The notes under the pieces are model-generated. The model did not search any database, was not told the origin of the DNA, and was given only the letters and a program-made list of their open reading frames with translations. Made by a program: the position numbers and the translations under genes. 40,439 nt of DNA from Methylococcaceae bacterium (lineage in GTDB: Bacteria; Pseudomonadota; Gammaproteobacteria; Methylococcales; Methylomonadaceae). Below are positions 5,849 to 14,261 of this stretch, piece after piece. Location: the NCBI GenBank assembly GCA_037134135.1, contig JBAXMT010000001.1, positions 1 through 40,439 on the forward strand. The letters run 5' to 3'. Position 1 is the first letter of the stretch. The number at the start of each line of letters is the position of its first letter.

Positions 5849-8470
5849 ATGAAAAATTATCAGTTTTTATTGGCGGTTGTTTTGTTGAGTTTGATGCAGG
5901 TTGCTGTTGGTGAAACAGATTACAAAGGCACAGCGTATGAGGACATCCAAAGCCATTCACCAAAAGTATTGCAAGAAAATACCAGTCGAACAGGTCAGAT
6001 TGGCGAGATGTCGGAAGTTGATTTTTTTGAAATAAAAAATAGCTATGCAAATCTTGCGTCACCATTTCCAATTTCCGAAGTTGAAGTTGTTTTTTCATGT
6101 CCGCAGGCTGAATCGGGAGAAGCGTATTTTGGTTGGTATGTAAGCGTCTGGAAACATTATGCCAATTATTCAAAACCAGATTCAAAACTTAAAGGATATG
6201 ATCGAGTTTCAAAGCAAAAGTGTTCTGGTAGTTTTACGTTTTCTATTGACCAGAACGATGATACAGAAGACAAAGTTGAATCCTATTACATTGGTGTCCA
6301 GTCCGCTTGTGCAAAATTTCCAAAGATGGAACTCCAAAAGTACAATCAAGGTTCTACATATCAATCACAAATAAACTCTAATAACGGAACTACCCAATCA
6401 ACCAGCAATTTTGCTGGCTCAGGCGATTTTGACCAACAATGTGACTCGTCTGATTACAAATTAAAACTAGGTTTGATTCCGAAAGAAATTTTTGCTGATA
6501 CAAATACGCTAAAAGTTGATGAACTAAAAACTGCTATTCCACTTGGTGCAATCAAAACGGGGCGACTAGCAAAAGAAGAAAAGACAACTGATGAATTAGG
6601 TAAAGAAATCACGATTTATCCTCCAGCACAAATTTACTCAGTCGAAACCTATTCAACAACAGACACCGCAGGCACAAACGAAGTGCCGTTGCTGTTTTCT
6701 TGCACAGCGGCTGCTGCTCGTTACACCAATGACTGGAAATTAACCGTTTATGATGACAAAAATACCGTCGTCACAGGTTATCCGCGTTACATCAATGGCA
6801 GTGATTGTGGTTCTGGACTTGTTGATGACAAAGGCGGTTTTAAATTTACCTTACCAAAAGATTCACCGCGTTATTTTGTGTCAATTCAATCGGCGTGTGA
6901 TTCGCAATCGAAAAAAAAATGCACCGTTGAAACCTCGCAATACAACATTACGCGTGACGTAACCAAAATTTATACGGGCAGTTTTTCTGCTATAAAAAAT
7001 AACATTACGCCGACAAACTCAACATTTAAAGTTGCCCGCTGTGGTTTGAATGCTAATTCAATAGTTTTAGTGAAAGTTGAAAACGCAAATTTAAGCGAAA
7101 TGTTTGCGATAGAAAAAAATACAGTTAAAGCTAAAAAACCTATAAAAATTCAAATCGGCATGATGGCTTGCCAAATTTTAACGCCCGATTCTTTTTCACC
7201 AGCAGAATTGATGCTTGGCAGCATTACGGGAAATGCTGCAATTATCGACGCTGCATTAACCGCAAAAGACAGCGTGAGTATGACATTGGGCGAATGCGCT
7301 CCTAACAACAAACCTGAAAATGAAAAAGCTATCAAAGTTACCTTAACGGGAACAAAATTAGACTTAGAAAATTTAAATCCTGTGGCGACAGCAGCAACAA
7401 CAGCCGCATCTTCAAATAATTCTGTGGTTATTCCTGTAAAAGTGGATATTGGTGATTTTCATTGTGAGGGTAAAGACGCTTTTTATATCAGTGCGGATAA
7501 ACCCAAAGTAGGCGACACAACCTACAGCAATAATTTACCCACCGACATTGAAGATTTAACGCCCGCTATCAATCTTGAAGCATCAAAAACTGGCAAAATC
7601 GAAACCGCTACCGATATGCAGTTGTATTATGTCGATAGCAGCATTAACGGCGATACCGTTATGAATTTTTCTTGCGATGATTCAAAACGATTCAATAATG
7701 ATTGGAAGGTTTTGGTTTATAACAGCAATAAAACGTTAAACGGTACTCCACATGTTATTAACGGTAGTGATTGTGGTATGAGTGAAGATGGTGACAATGG
7801 CGCGTATAAAATCACGATTCCAAAGGAAACGAGTTCGGTACGTTATTACGTTGCAGTGAAATCGGCGTGTGATGTGGACGACAGTTCTTGCATTGTTGAT
7901 AAATCGGCTTACATTTTAAGTCGTGAAATTGAGTCTATTCTCCCACCTCCAGTAATCGATACACCTGTACCCGTTGATTCTAATGCTTTTAATTCCGCTT
8001 GGTTCACAACAAAAAAGAATCTTGGCGCAACGTTGCAAAGTGGACAAATCAGTTCACCAACTGATACGCAAATTTATCAAGTTGATACAGGAACGGAAGA
8101 CGCAAATTTAACATTTAGTTGTAACAATGCGGTGCGTTATCAAAATGATTGGAAAATGTTAATTTACGACAGTGCAAAAAACTTGAAATCGACCACAATG
8201 ATTAACGGTAGTTCATGTGGAATGGGACAAGTGGGTGATTCTGGAGCTTACGCTATTCCTTTAATGAAAGATTCATCAACCTATTATTTGGTTGTAAAAT
8301 CGGCGTGCGAAATTGATGATAAAACCTGTGTAATTGATAAATCGCAATACCAACTTAAACGGGTAACTGCAACGCAAGCTGTGACAAATGCAGCGGCAAA
8401 ACCCTGTTTTGGAACAGGCTGTACAACGACGAAACCTGTTGTTAAACCGTTTTTCACTAGCCCAAAATAA
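5849..8470 (+). CDS. Large secreted Cys-rich protein with four PPC-like modules, one shared beta-rich module and a short Cys tail (paralog of 3316..5847)
   Basis: ATG 5849 gives the signal peptide MKNYQFLLAVVLLSLMQVAVG. A module recurs with conserved D.Q.Y.VD, L.FSC, NDWK..(I/V)Y, INGS.CG, YY..V.SAC and C.VD.S.Y. The start lies 1 nt after the upstream stop. Confidence 0.85.
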   Translation: MKNYQFLLAVVLLSLMQVAVGETDYKGTAYEDIQSHSPKVLQENTSRTGQIGEMSEVDFFEIKNSYANLASPFPISEVEVVFSCPQAESGEAYFGWYVSVWKHYANYSKPDSKLKGYDRVSKQKCSGSFTFSIDQNDDTEDKVESYYIGVQSACAKFPKMELQKYNQGSTYQSQINSNNGTTQSTSNFAGSGDFDQQCDSSDYKLKLGLIPKEIFADTNTLKVDELKTAIPLGAIKTGRLAKEEKTTDELGKEITIYPPAQIYSVETYSTTDTAGTNEVPLLFSCTAAAARYTNDWKLTVYDDKNTVVTGYPRYINGSDCGSGLVDDKGGFKFTLPKDSPRYFVSIQSACDSQSKKKCTVETSQYNITRDVTKIYTGSFSAIKNNITPTNSTFKVARCGLNANSIVLVKVENANLSEMFAIEKNTVKAKKPIKIQIGMMACQILTPDSFSPAELMLGSITGNAAIIDAALTAKDSVSMTLGECAPNNKPENEKAIKVTLTGTKLDLENLNPVATAATTAASSNNSVVIPVKVDIGDFHCEGKDAFYISADKPKVGDTTYSNNLPTDIEDLTPAINLEASKTGKIETATDMQLYYVDSSINGDTVMNFSCDDSKRFNNDWKVLVYNSNKTLNGTPHVINGSDCGMSEDGDNGAYKITIPKETSSVRYYVAVKSACDVDDSSCIVDKSAYILSREIESILPPPVIDTPVPVDSNAFNSAWFTTKKNLGATLQSGQISSPTDTQIYQVDTGTEDANLTFSCNNAVRYQNDWKMLIYDSAKNLKSTTMINGSSCGMGQVGDSGAYAIPLMKDSSTYYLVVKSACEIDDKTCVIDKSQYQLKRVTATQAVTNAAAKPCFGTGCTTTKPVVKPFFTSPK

Positions 8471-9171
8471 TGAAACGTATCGTAGTGTTTGGTTATAGCG
8501 TGATGTCGTTGGAGGCGATGAGCCGATTGCCGAAAGATGATTGCAGTATTTTATTTATTGCGGCAAATGAAGTTGAAGCGGCATCTGTTTCTGAGAAAGG
8601 TTTTGAAACACAAATAATTGATTTCAAAAATGATGATGATTTGTCTTTAGTGGGTATTGGTACAAATGTTGACATCATTTTTTGTTTTTATCCGACAGAT
8701 TCTGATAATGTATTTTTGACTATTTCAGCGCGTGCGATGGATAAAGATTTAATTATTATCGCCATCGTGGACGATTCGGAATCCGAAGGAAAATTATTAG
8801 CCGCTGGTGCCAACAAAATTATTGATCCGTATGAAATTTGTGGGCGAAAAGTACACGAAATGCTGACGAAGCCAGATATTAGCGATATTCTTGACCATAC
8901 TGTTTTTGGGCGGCACGATTTAAACATCGCACAAATTGAAATTCCTGCCGAATCTTTTTTAGAAGGCGTGATGGTGAGCGAATTAGATTTAGACAACGAG
9001 CAATATAATTTGATTTTGATTGGCGTAGTAGATAAAGAATTAGGCGATCAGTTACATTTTACCAATGGCGAAACAGATCATGAACTCAATGCTGGCGATG
9101 TATTAGTGGTGATGGGACCCAGTCGCGGCTGTCGATTATTTAGAGATGAGGTTGAACATCAATGCAATTGA
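8470..9171 (+). CDS. Soluble RCK protein (TrkA-N plus TrkA-C domains) with a degenerate dinucleotide-binding loop
   Basis: Colinear with the TrkA-N/TrkA-C pattern (IIAIVDDSE...LLAAGANKIIDPYE...; GDVLVVMG). The GxGxxG position reads FGYSVMS. The start overlaps the upstream stop (TAATG). Confidence 0.8.
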   Translation: MKRIVVFGYSVMSLEAMSRLPKDDCSILFIAANEVEAASVSEKGFETQIIDFKNDDDLSLVGIGTNVDIIFCFYPTDSDNVFLTISARAMDKDLIIIAIVDDSESEGKLLAAGANKIIDPYEICGRKVHEMLTKPDISDILDHTVFGRHDLNIAQIEIPAESFLEGVMVSELDLDNEQYNLILIGVVDKELGDQLHFTNGETDHELNAGDVLVVMGPSRGCRLFRDEVEHQCN

Positions 9172-9671
9172 TTCAAAAATTAAAAATTATAAGACCTAGA
9201 TTTTGGTTTTTATTGGGAAGTTTAGGCTGTGTTTTTTTACTTAGTATGGGCGCGTATTTTCAATTCAATCAAGGTTTAGAACCTTGTCCGTTGTGCATTT
9301 CACAACGCATTGCGATTTTTCTGACGGGCTTAGTTTTCATGCTTGCAGTTGTGCATAATCCTGTTCAAAAAGACGTTAAACGTTACGCAATTTTTGGCGC
9401 ATTGATGGCGTTGGGCGGAGCATCAATTTCGACACGCCACATTTGGATTCAAAATTTGCCACCTGATAAAGTGCCAGAATGCAGCCCCGCGTTAGAATAT
9501 ATGCTGGAAAATTTTCCGCTTATCGACACACTAAAATTGATGCTTTCTGGCACAGGTGATTGTGCAAAAGTTGATTGGACGATGTTGGGATTCAGTATGC
9601 CAGTTTGGACGTTGTTGGCGTTTTTAATGTTGGCAACGTTGAGTTTGGTACAAATTTGGAATCATGACTGA
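9162..9671 (+). CDS. dsbB: Disulfide bond formation protein B
   Basis: Four predicted TM segments, CPLC (CxxC) in the first periplasmic loop and a second Cys pair (PECSP ... GDCAKVDW), colinear with E. coli DsbB. Confidence 0.9.
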   Translation: MQLIQKLKIIRPRFWFLLGSLGCVFLLSMGAYFQFNQGLEPCPLCISQRIAIFLTGLVFMLAVVHNPVQKDVKRYAIFGALMALGGASISTRHIWIQNLPPDKVPECSPALEYMLENFPLIDTLKLMLSGTGDCAKVDWTMLGFSMPVWTLLAFLMLATLSLVQIWNHD

Positions 9672-11664
9672 ACCACTTATTTTAAAAGTCGCTATTCCCG
9701 CCGTTCCTTTTTTTCAACACTTTGAATACCTCGCCCCCGAAGATTCGCAAAATCTACAGGCGGGGATTCGCCTCGAAGTGCCGTTTGGCAAAACTTCAAA
9801 AATCGGTTTTTTAATTGCCACCAGTTTTGAAAGCAACTACCCAATTGAAAAATTAAAATCCATTACACGCATTATTGACGACGTGCCTTTACTGGCAGAA
9901 ACAGATTTGAAATTGTTGCATTGGGTGGCGGGTTATTATCATCACCCGATTGGCGAAGTGATGAGCGCGGCATTTCCTGTGGCATTGCGACAAGGCAAAG
10001 AAGCGGTGATTAAAAAACTGCCTAAAATTTCTGAATCCGAAATCAAAACCGCTCAACTCATTTGCAATGAAGCTCAACAAAACGCGATTGATAAAATCAC
10101 TGCGACATTGGACGAATTCAACGTTTTTGTCCTCGATGGTGTGACGGGCAGCGGCAAAACTGAAGTTTATATGCAGTTGATTCAAAACGTTTTAGATCGA
10201 AAGCAGCAAGTTCTTGTCCTCGTGCCAGAAATTACTTTAACGCCGCAATTACAACAACGTTTTCAAGCGCGTTTCAGTACACATATTGCCATTTCACATT
10301 CCAAACTCACCGACATTCAACGCAAAAATGCGTGGATTTTAATGCAAAGAGGCGCGTGTTCATTGTTGCTCGGTACTCGTTCTGCGTTGTTCACGCCGTT
10401 GCCAAAACTCGGGCTAATTATTCTCGATGAAGAACACGACAGTTCGTTTAAACAACAGGAAGGCTTTCGATTTTCAGCGCGAGATGTCGCGGTCATGCGT
10501 GGGAAATTAGCGAGTGTGCCAGTCGTTTTAGGTTCCGCTACGCCATCGTTAGAAAGTTTATATAACGTGAAAAATCAGCGTTATCAGCATTTGCAATTAC
10601 CAGATCGTGCGGGGAATGCGTTGCCTCCGTTGGTTCAAATTCTCGATATTCGGCAGCAAAAATTGCAAGGCGGTTTATCGGTAAAATTACTCGAAGAAAT
10701 CACCGTGACTTTGGAAAAAAACGAGCAAGTTTTATTGTTTTTAAATCGGCGAGGTTTTGCGCCTACCTTGATTTGTGACGATTGCGGTTGGGTGGCGCGT
10801 TGTATTCATTGCGATGCCAATTTAGTGATTCACCGAAACAAAAACTTGTTGCGTTGTCACCATTGCGGCACAGAACATCGATTGATTTCAACTTGTCCAG
10901 CCTGTCAATCGTCCGATTTAACGTCATTGGGTTTGGGGACGGAAAGACTAGAATCGATTTTGACGCGCTTGTTTACCGATAAAATTGTATTGCGTTTAGA
11001 CCGTGATTCGACCCAGAAAAAAGGCGCGTTGGATAATTTTCTGGTGCAAATTCATAATGGTGAAGCGGATATTATTTTGGGAACACAGTTGTTGGCGAAA
11101 GGACATCACTTTCCAAACGTCACATTGGTTGCAATTTTGGATGTGGACAGCGGATTGTTTAGTACCGATTTTCATTCGGGTGAAAAGTTGGCGCAATTGA
11201 TTGTGCAGGTTTCGGGACGAGCGGGACGCGAACTTAAACAAGGCAAAGTGCTGTTGCAAACACGCCAACCTGAACATCCACTTTTGACCGAATTATTGCG
11301 TGATGGTTATGCAAAATTTGCCGCATTAGCATTGGCAGAACGTAAAATGGCTTGCTTGCCGCCGTTTAGTTATCAGGCATTACTTCGCGCTCACCATGAA
11401 GATGAAACGTTGCCACAAACGTTTTTGCAATCGGTCGCGGAGTTAGCGCAAAGTTTAAATTCGCAGAATGTGCAAGTTTTAGGGGCAATTCCTGCACCGA
11501 TGGCGCGAAGGGCTGGACAATATCGTTTTCAATTACTCTTTCAACACGAAAATCGTGCCGCGTTACATCATTTATTACGTCAACTTGTACCACAAATTTC
11601 AACGCTAAAATTGGCGGCAAAAGTACGTTGGTCGCTTGATGTTGATCCTGTGGATTTGTATTGA
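9664..11664 (+). CDS. priA: Primosomal protein N' (replication restart helicase)
   Basis: Walker A GVTGSGKTEVY, DEEHD box, and the Cys-rich zinc region CDDCGW..C.HCD...CHHCG...CPAC. Confidence 0.95.
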   Translation: MTEPLILKVAIPAVPFFQHFEYLAPEDSQNLQAGIRLEVPFGKTSKIGFLIATSFESNYPIEKLKSITRIIDDVPLLAETDLKLLHWVAGYYHHPIGEVMSAAFPVALRQGKEAVIKKLPKISESEIKTAQLICNEAQQNAIDKITATLDEFNVFVLDGVTGSGKTEVYMQLIQNVLDRKQQVLVLVPEITLTPQLQQRFQARFSTHIAISHSKLTDIQRKNAWILMQRGACSLLLGTRSALFTPLPKLGLIILDEEHDSSFKQQEGFRFSARDVAVMRGKLASVPVVLGSATPSLESLYNVKNQRYQHLQLPDRAGNALPPLVQILDIRQQKLQGGLSVKLLEEITVTLEKNEQVLLFLNRRGFAPTLICDDCGWVARCIHCDANLVIHRNKNLLRCHHCGTEHRLISTCPACQSSDLTSLGLGTERLESILTRLFTDKIVLRLDRDSTQKKGALDNFLVQIHNGEADIILGTQLLAKGHHFPNVTLVAILDVDSGLFSTDFHSGEKLAQLIVQVSGRAGRELKQGKVLLQTRQPEHPLLTELLRDGYAKFAALALAERKMACLPPFSYQALLRAHHEDETLPQTFLQSVAELAQSLNSQNVQVLGAIPAPMARRAGQYRFQLLFQHENRAALHHLLRQLVPQISTLKLAAKVRWSLDVDPVDLY

Positions 11665-11763
11665 TAGCGTGTGAATTTAACTTGAATGCGTGCAACTTCT
11701 GACCTAAACTCGAAACCAACCGCGATAGTTTGTCGCACTTTTTGTTTCGTATGAGGAAATTTT

Positions 11764-13443
11764 ATGACTACGTTTAATGAATCACGCCGCCGTTTTTTAG
11801 GGCAATCAAGTTTAGGTTTGTTGGGACTGACTGCGGTACCAAACTTAGCACGCGCGATGGAAGGTATGGGAATGCACAATCGGCATACGGACGAAATGAT
11901 GATGCCAAAAATAACGCCGAATAAAGCCTCGCCCAATTTTCATGCTGATGTTGAGTTGGATTTATTTTGTAAACCGAATGCCATTCAGATTTTAGATGGC
12001 AGCAAAACCAATATGCTGCAATACACGGCGCGTTTAATTAAAGGTCCAAAAGATACGTTGACCAGTCTGCCAAATTCTTATTTGGGTGACATTATTCGCT
12101 TCCAAAAAGGACAAAAAGTTCGTATTAACTTACATAACGGATTGTCACAACCTAGCGTCACGCATTGGCACGGATTACACGTTCCGCAAGTGATGGACGG
12201 GCATCCAATGTATTTCATTGATCCAGGTGAAACGCTCGTTTATGAATTTGAAGTCGTGAATCGTGCGGGCATGAACATTTATCATCCACATCAACACGGC
12301 GTGACAGGTAAACAGGTTTATTTCGGATTGGCTGGCGCGTTAATCATTAACGACGAAGAGGAAGCTGCGTTAGATTTACCTTCAGGTGAGTTTGAAATTC
12401 CGCTTGTGATTCAGGATAAACAGTTCGACAGCGATAATCAGCTGATTTATACGTCGATGATGCACAGCAAAATGACAGGATTCACGGGCGATAAAATTTT
12501 GATAAATGGTCGCCCAAACGCGCATTTCGATGTAGCGAGTCGCGCTTATCGTTTGCGCGTTATGAATGGTTCAACGTCACGCATTTACAAATTAGCGTGG
12601 GATGACGGAATGCCCGTTACGGTAATTGGCGTAGACGGCGGTTTGCTTGAACAACCCGAAGTGAAACCGTATGTGATGCTTGCGCCAGGCGAACGTTTGG
12701 ACATTTGGGCGGATTTCAGCGGACGAAATGAAGGCTCAGAATTAACATTGAAAAGTTTGGTATTTGCGGGCGTGTTGCCAAAAATGGGCATGGGAATGCA
12801 CAAAGGTCTGATTCCTGTTGGAAGTGAATATCCGATTTGCACGATTCGCGTGACGAAAAAAGTCAGCGAAACGCATAAATTACCGATGCAATTGTCGAAA
12901 TTTAAACATTACGAAATTAGCGACACCGCGAATCCAAATAATCCGATTCCGATTGGAATTTCTGAAGCTCCAATGTCGATGTTGCTTAATGGTGCGCCGT
13001 ATTCGTTTAATAATCCGTTGCCTTTTGAAAGAGTAAAAGTTGGCAGTATTCAACAGATTGAAATTTTCCACGCACATGGGGCGGGGGGAATGAAAATGGA
13101 CGATAGTGCGAAACACGAAAGTGGCGAAATGAAACGTGGCGGCATGGGCATGAATAGGGGAATGGGTGGTGGCATGATGGATTTATCAATGGCGCACCCG
13201 ATTCATTTACACGGTCAACAATTTCAAACGGTAAGTCGTAGTTTTAGTGGCGATTCGACCGCTTACGATACAGTGCGTGAAGGTTTTATCGACAGCGGTT
13301 TAAAAGATGTCGTTCTTGTCATGCCAATGGAACGAGTAAAAATTATTAAGCCGTTTCAAGATTTTAAAGGTTTATTTTTGTATCATTGCCACAATTTAGA
13401 ACACGAAGATATGGGCATGATGCGGGAGTTTTCTGTTGAATAA
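11764..13443 (+). CDS. Tat-exported multicopper oxidase (CueO/CopA-like) with Met-rich inserts
   Basis: Twin-arginine signal SRRRFLGQS...ARA. Copper ligand motifs HWHGLH, HPHQHG, HPIHLHG and HCHNLEHEDMGMM. There is a methionine-rich segment GGMKMDD...GGMGMNRGMGGGMM. Confidence 0.9.
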   Translation: MTTFNESRRRFLGQSSLGLLGLTAVPNLARAMEGMGMHNRHTDEMMMPKITPNKASPNFHADVELDLFCKPNAIQILDGSKTNMLQYTARLIKGPKDTLTSLPNSYLGDIIRFQKGQKVRINLHNGLSQPSVTHWHGLHVPQVMDGHPMYFIDPGETLVYEFEVVNRAGMNIYHPHQHGVTGKQVYFGLAGALIINDEEEAALDLPSGEFEIPLVIQDKQFDSDNQLIYTSMMHSKMTGFTGDKILINGRPNAHFDVASRAYRLRVMNGSTSRIYKLAWDDGMPVTVIGVDGGLLEQPEVKPYVMLAPGERLDIWADFSGRNEGSELTLKSLVFAGVLPKMGMGMHKGLIPVGSEYPICTIRVTKKVSETHKLPMQLSKFKHYEISDTANPNNPIPIGISEAPMSMLLNGAPYSFNNPLPFERVKVGSIQQIEIFHAHGAGGMKMDDSAKHESGEMKRGGMGMNRGMGGGMMDLSMAHPIHLHGQQFQTVSRSFSGDSTAYDTVREGFIDSGLKDVVLVMPMERVKIIKPFQDFKGLFLYHCHNLEHEDMGMMREFSVE

Positions 13444-14017
13444 ACCGAATCAAAACGCATCTTCAAAACGAGGCGCATTAAAAATTATTGGCGGACAATG
13501 GCGCAGTCGGCAAATCGACGTTCTTGATGCCGACGGTTTGCGTCCAACACCTAATCGCGTGCGCGAAACGCTTTTTAATTGGCTGCAAGCGGATGTTTTC
13601 AATAGTCGATGCTTGGATTTATTTGCAGGTAGTGGTGCGTTAAGTTTTGAAGCCGCGTCGCGTGGTGCAAAAAATGTCGTACAAATCGAAAATAATTTGG
13701 CGGCTTGTGTTGCATTGAAAGCGAATGCGGAAAAATTAGATGCAACGCAAGTTCACACGATTCAAGCTGATGCACTCGCATATTTGACAAAACCTCCACC
13801 ACACCAGTTTGATGTGATTTTTATTGATCCACCATTCGGTTTAGATTTAGTTTTGCAAAGTTGTGAATTACTTGAAAAGAATTTGTGGCTTGCACCTTAT
13901 GCGAAAATTTACATTGAAACCGAAACAACTTTAAAATTTAATTTGCCTGAAAGTTGGCAGCTATTGAAAAGTAAAGTCGCGGGTGAAGTGGCTTATAGCT
14001 TATTCATGGTGCGCTAG
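13436..14017 (+). CDS. rsmD: 16S rRNA (guanine966-N2)-methyltransferase
   Basis: LKIIGGQWRSR..., DLFAGSGALSFEAASRGA (SAM site) and the DPPF motif. The TTG start overlaps the oxidase stop, and the start position is uncertain. Confidence 0.85.
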   Translation: MNKPNQNASSKRGALKIIGGQWRSRQIDVLDADGLRPTPNRVRETLFNWLQADVFNSRCLDLFAGSGALSFEAASRGAKNVVQIENNLAACVALKANAEKLDATQVHTIQADALAYLTKPPPHQFDVIFIDPPFGLDLVLQSCELLEKNLWLAPYAKIYIETETTLKFNLPESWQLLKSKVAGEVAYSLFMVR

Positions 14018-14036
14018 AAATTATCAATCACATCTA

Positions 14037-14074
14037 AAATCCATCAGCGTAACCAATTTTGCACTGATGGATTT
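14037..14074 (+). terminator. Hairpin after rsmD (11-bp stem aaatccatcag/ctgatggattt, 16-nt loop) with a weak U tract
   Basis: The inverted repeat was read directly. Only ttt follows the stem, so terminator function is uncertain. Confidence 0.3.
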
Positions 14075-14261
14075 CATTCCAAAAATGCCACTCATCGGCA
14101 TAAACAAATATCGCATGTTTCCAATGGCTGCTTGTATTATTTTGTCATCAAACAGTCATAAAACGGTTGTTAGAATGATTTATACCAGCAATCAACATTT
14201 GCGCTTTTAATTTTGTATTTATTTGGATGAGTTATGTCGCTAACTAAAGTGATAATTTAAC

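Noticed and set aside
6911-6919. A9 homopolymer inside the second giant gene (codons KKK), considered as a phase-variation tract
   Set aside because: Lys-codon A-runs are common in AT-rich genomes. The paralog has A6 at the same site, and nothing else suggests a contingency locus. It is only worth checking if read heterogeneity is seen.
13983-14210. 75-aa ORF in the rsmD-chemoreceptor spacer
   Set aside because: It starts inside rsmD, has no RBS or motif, and is more plausibly a non-coding promoter region.
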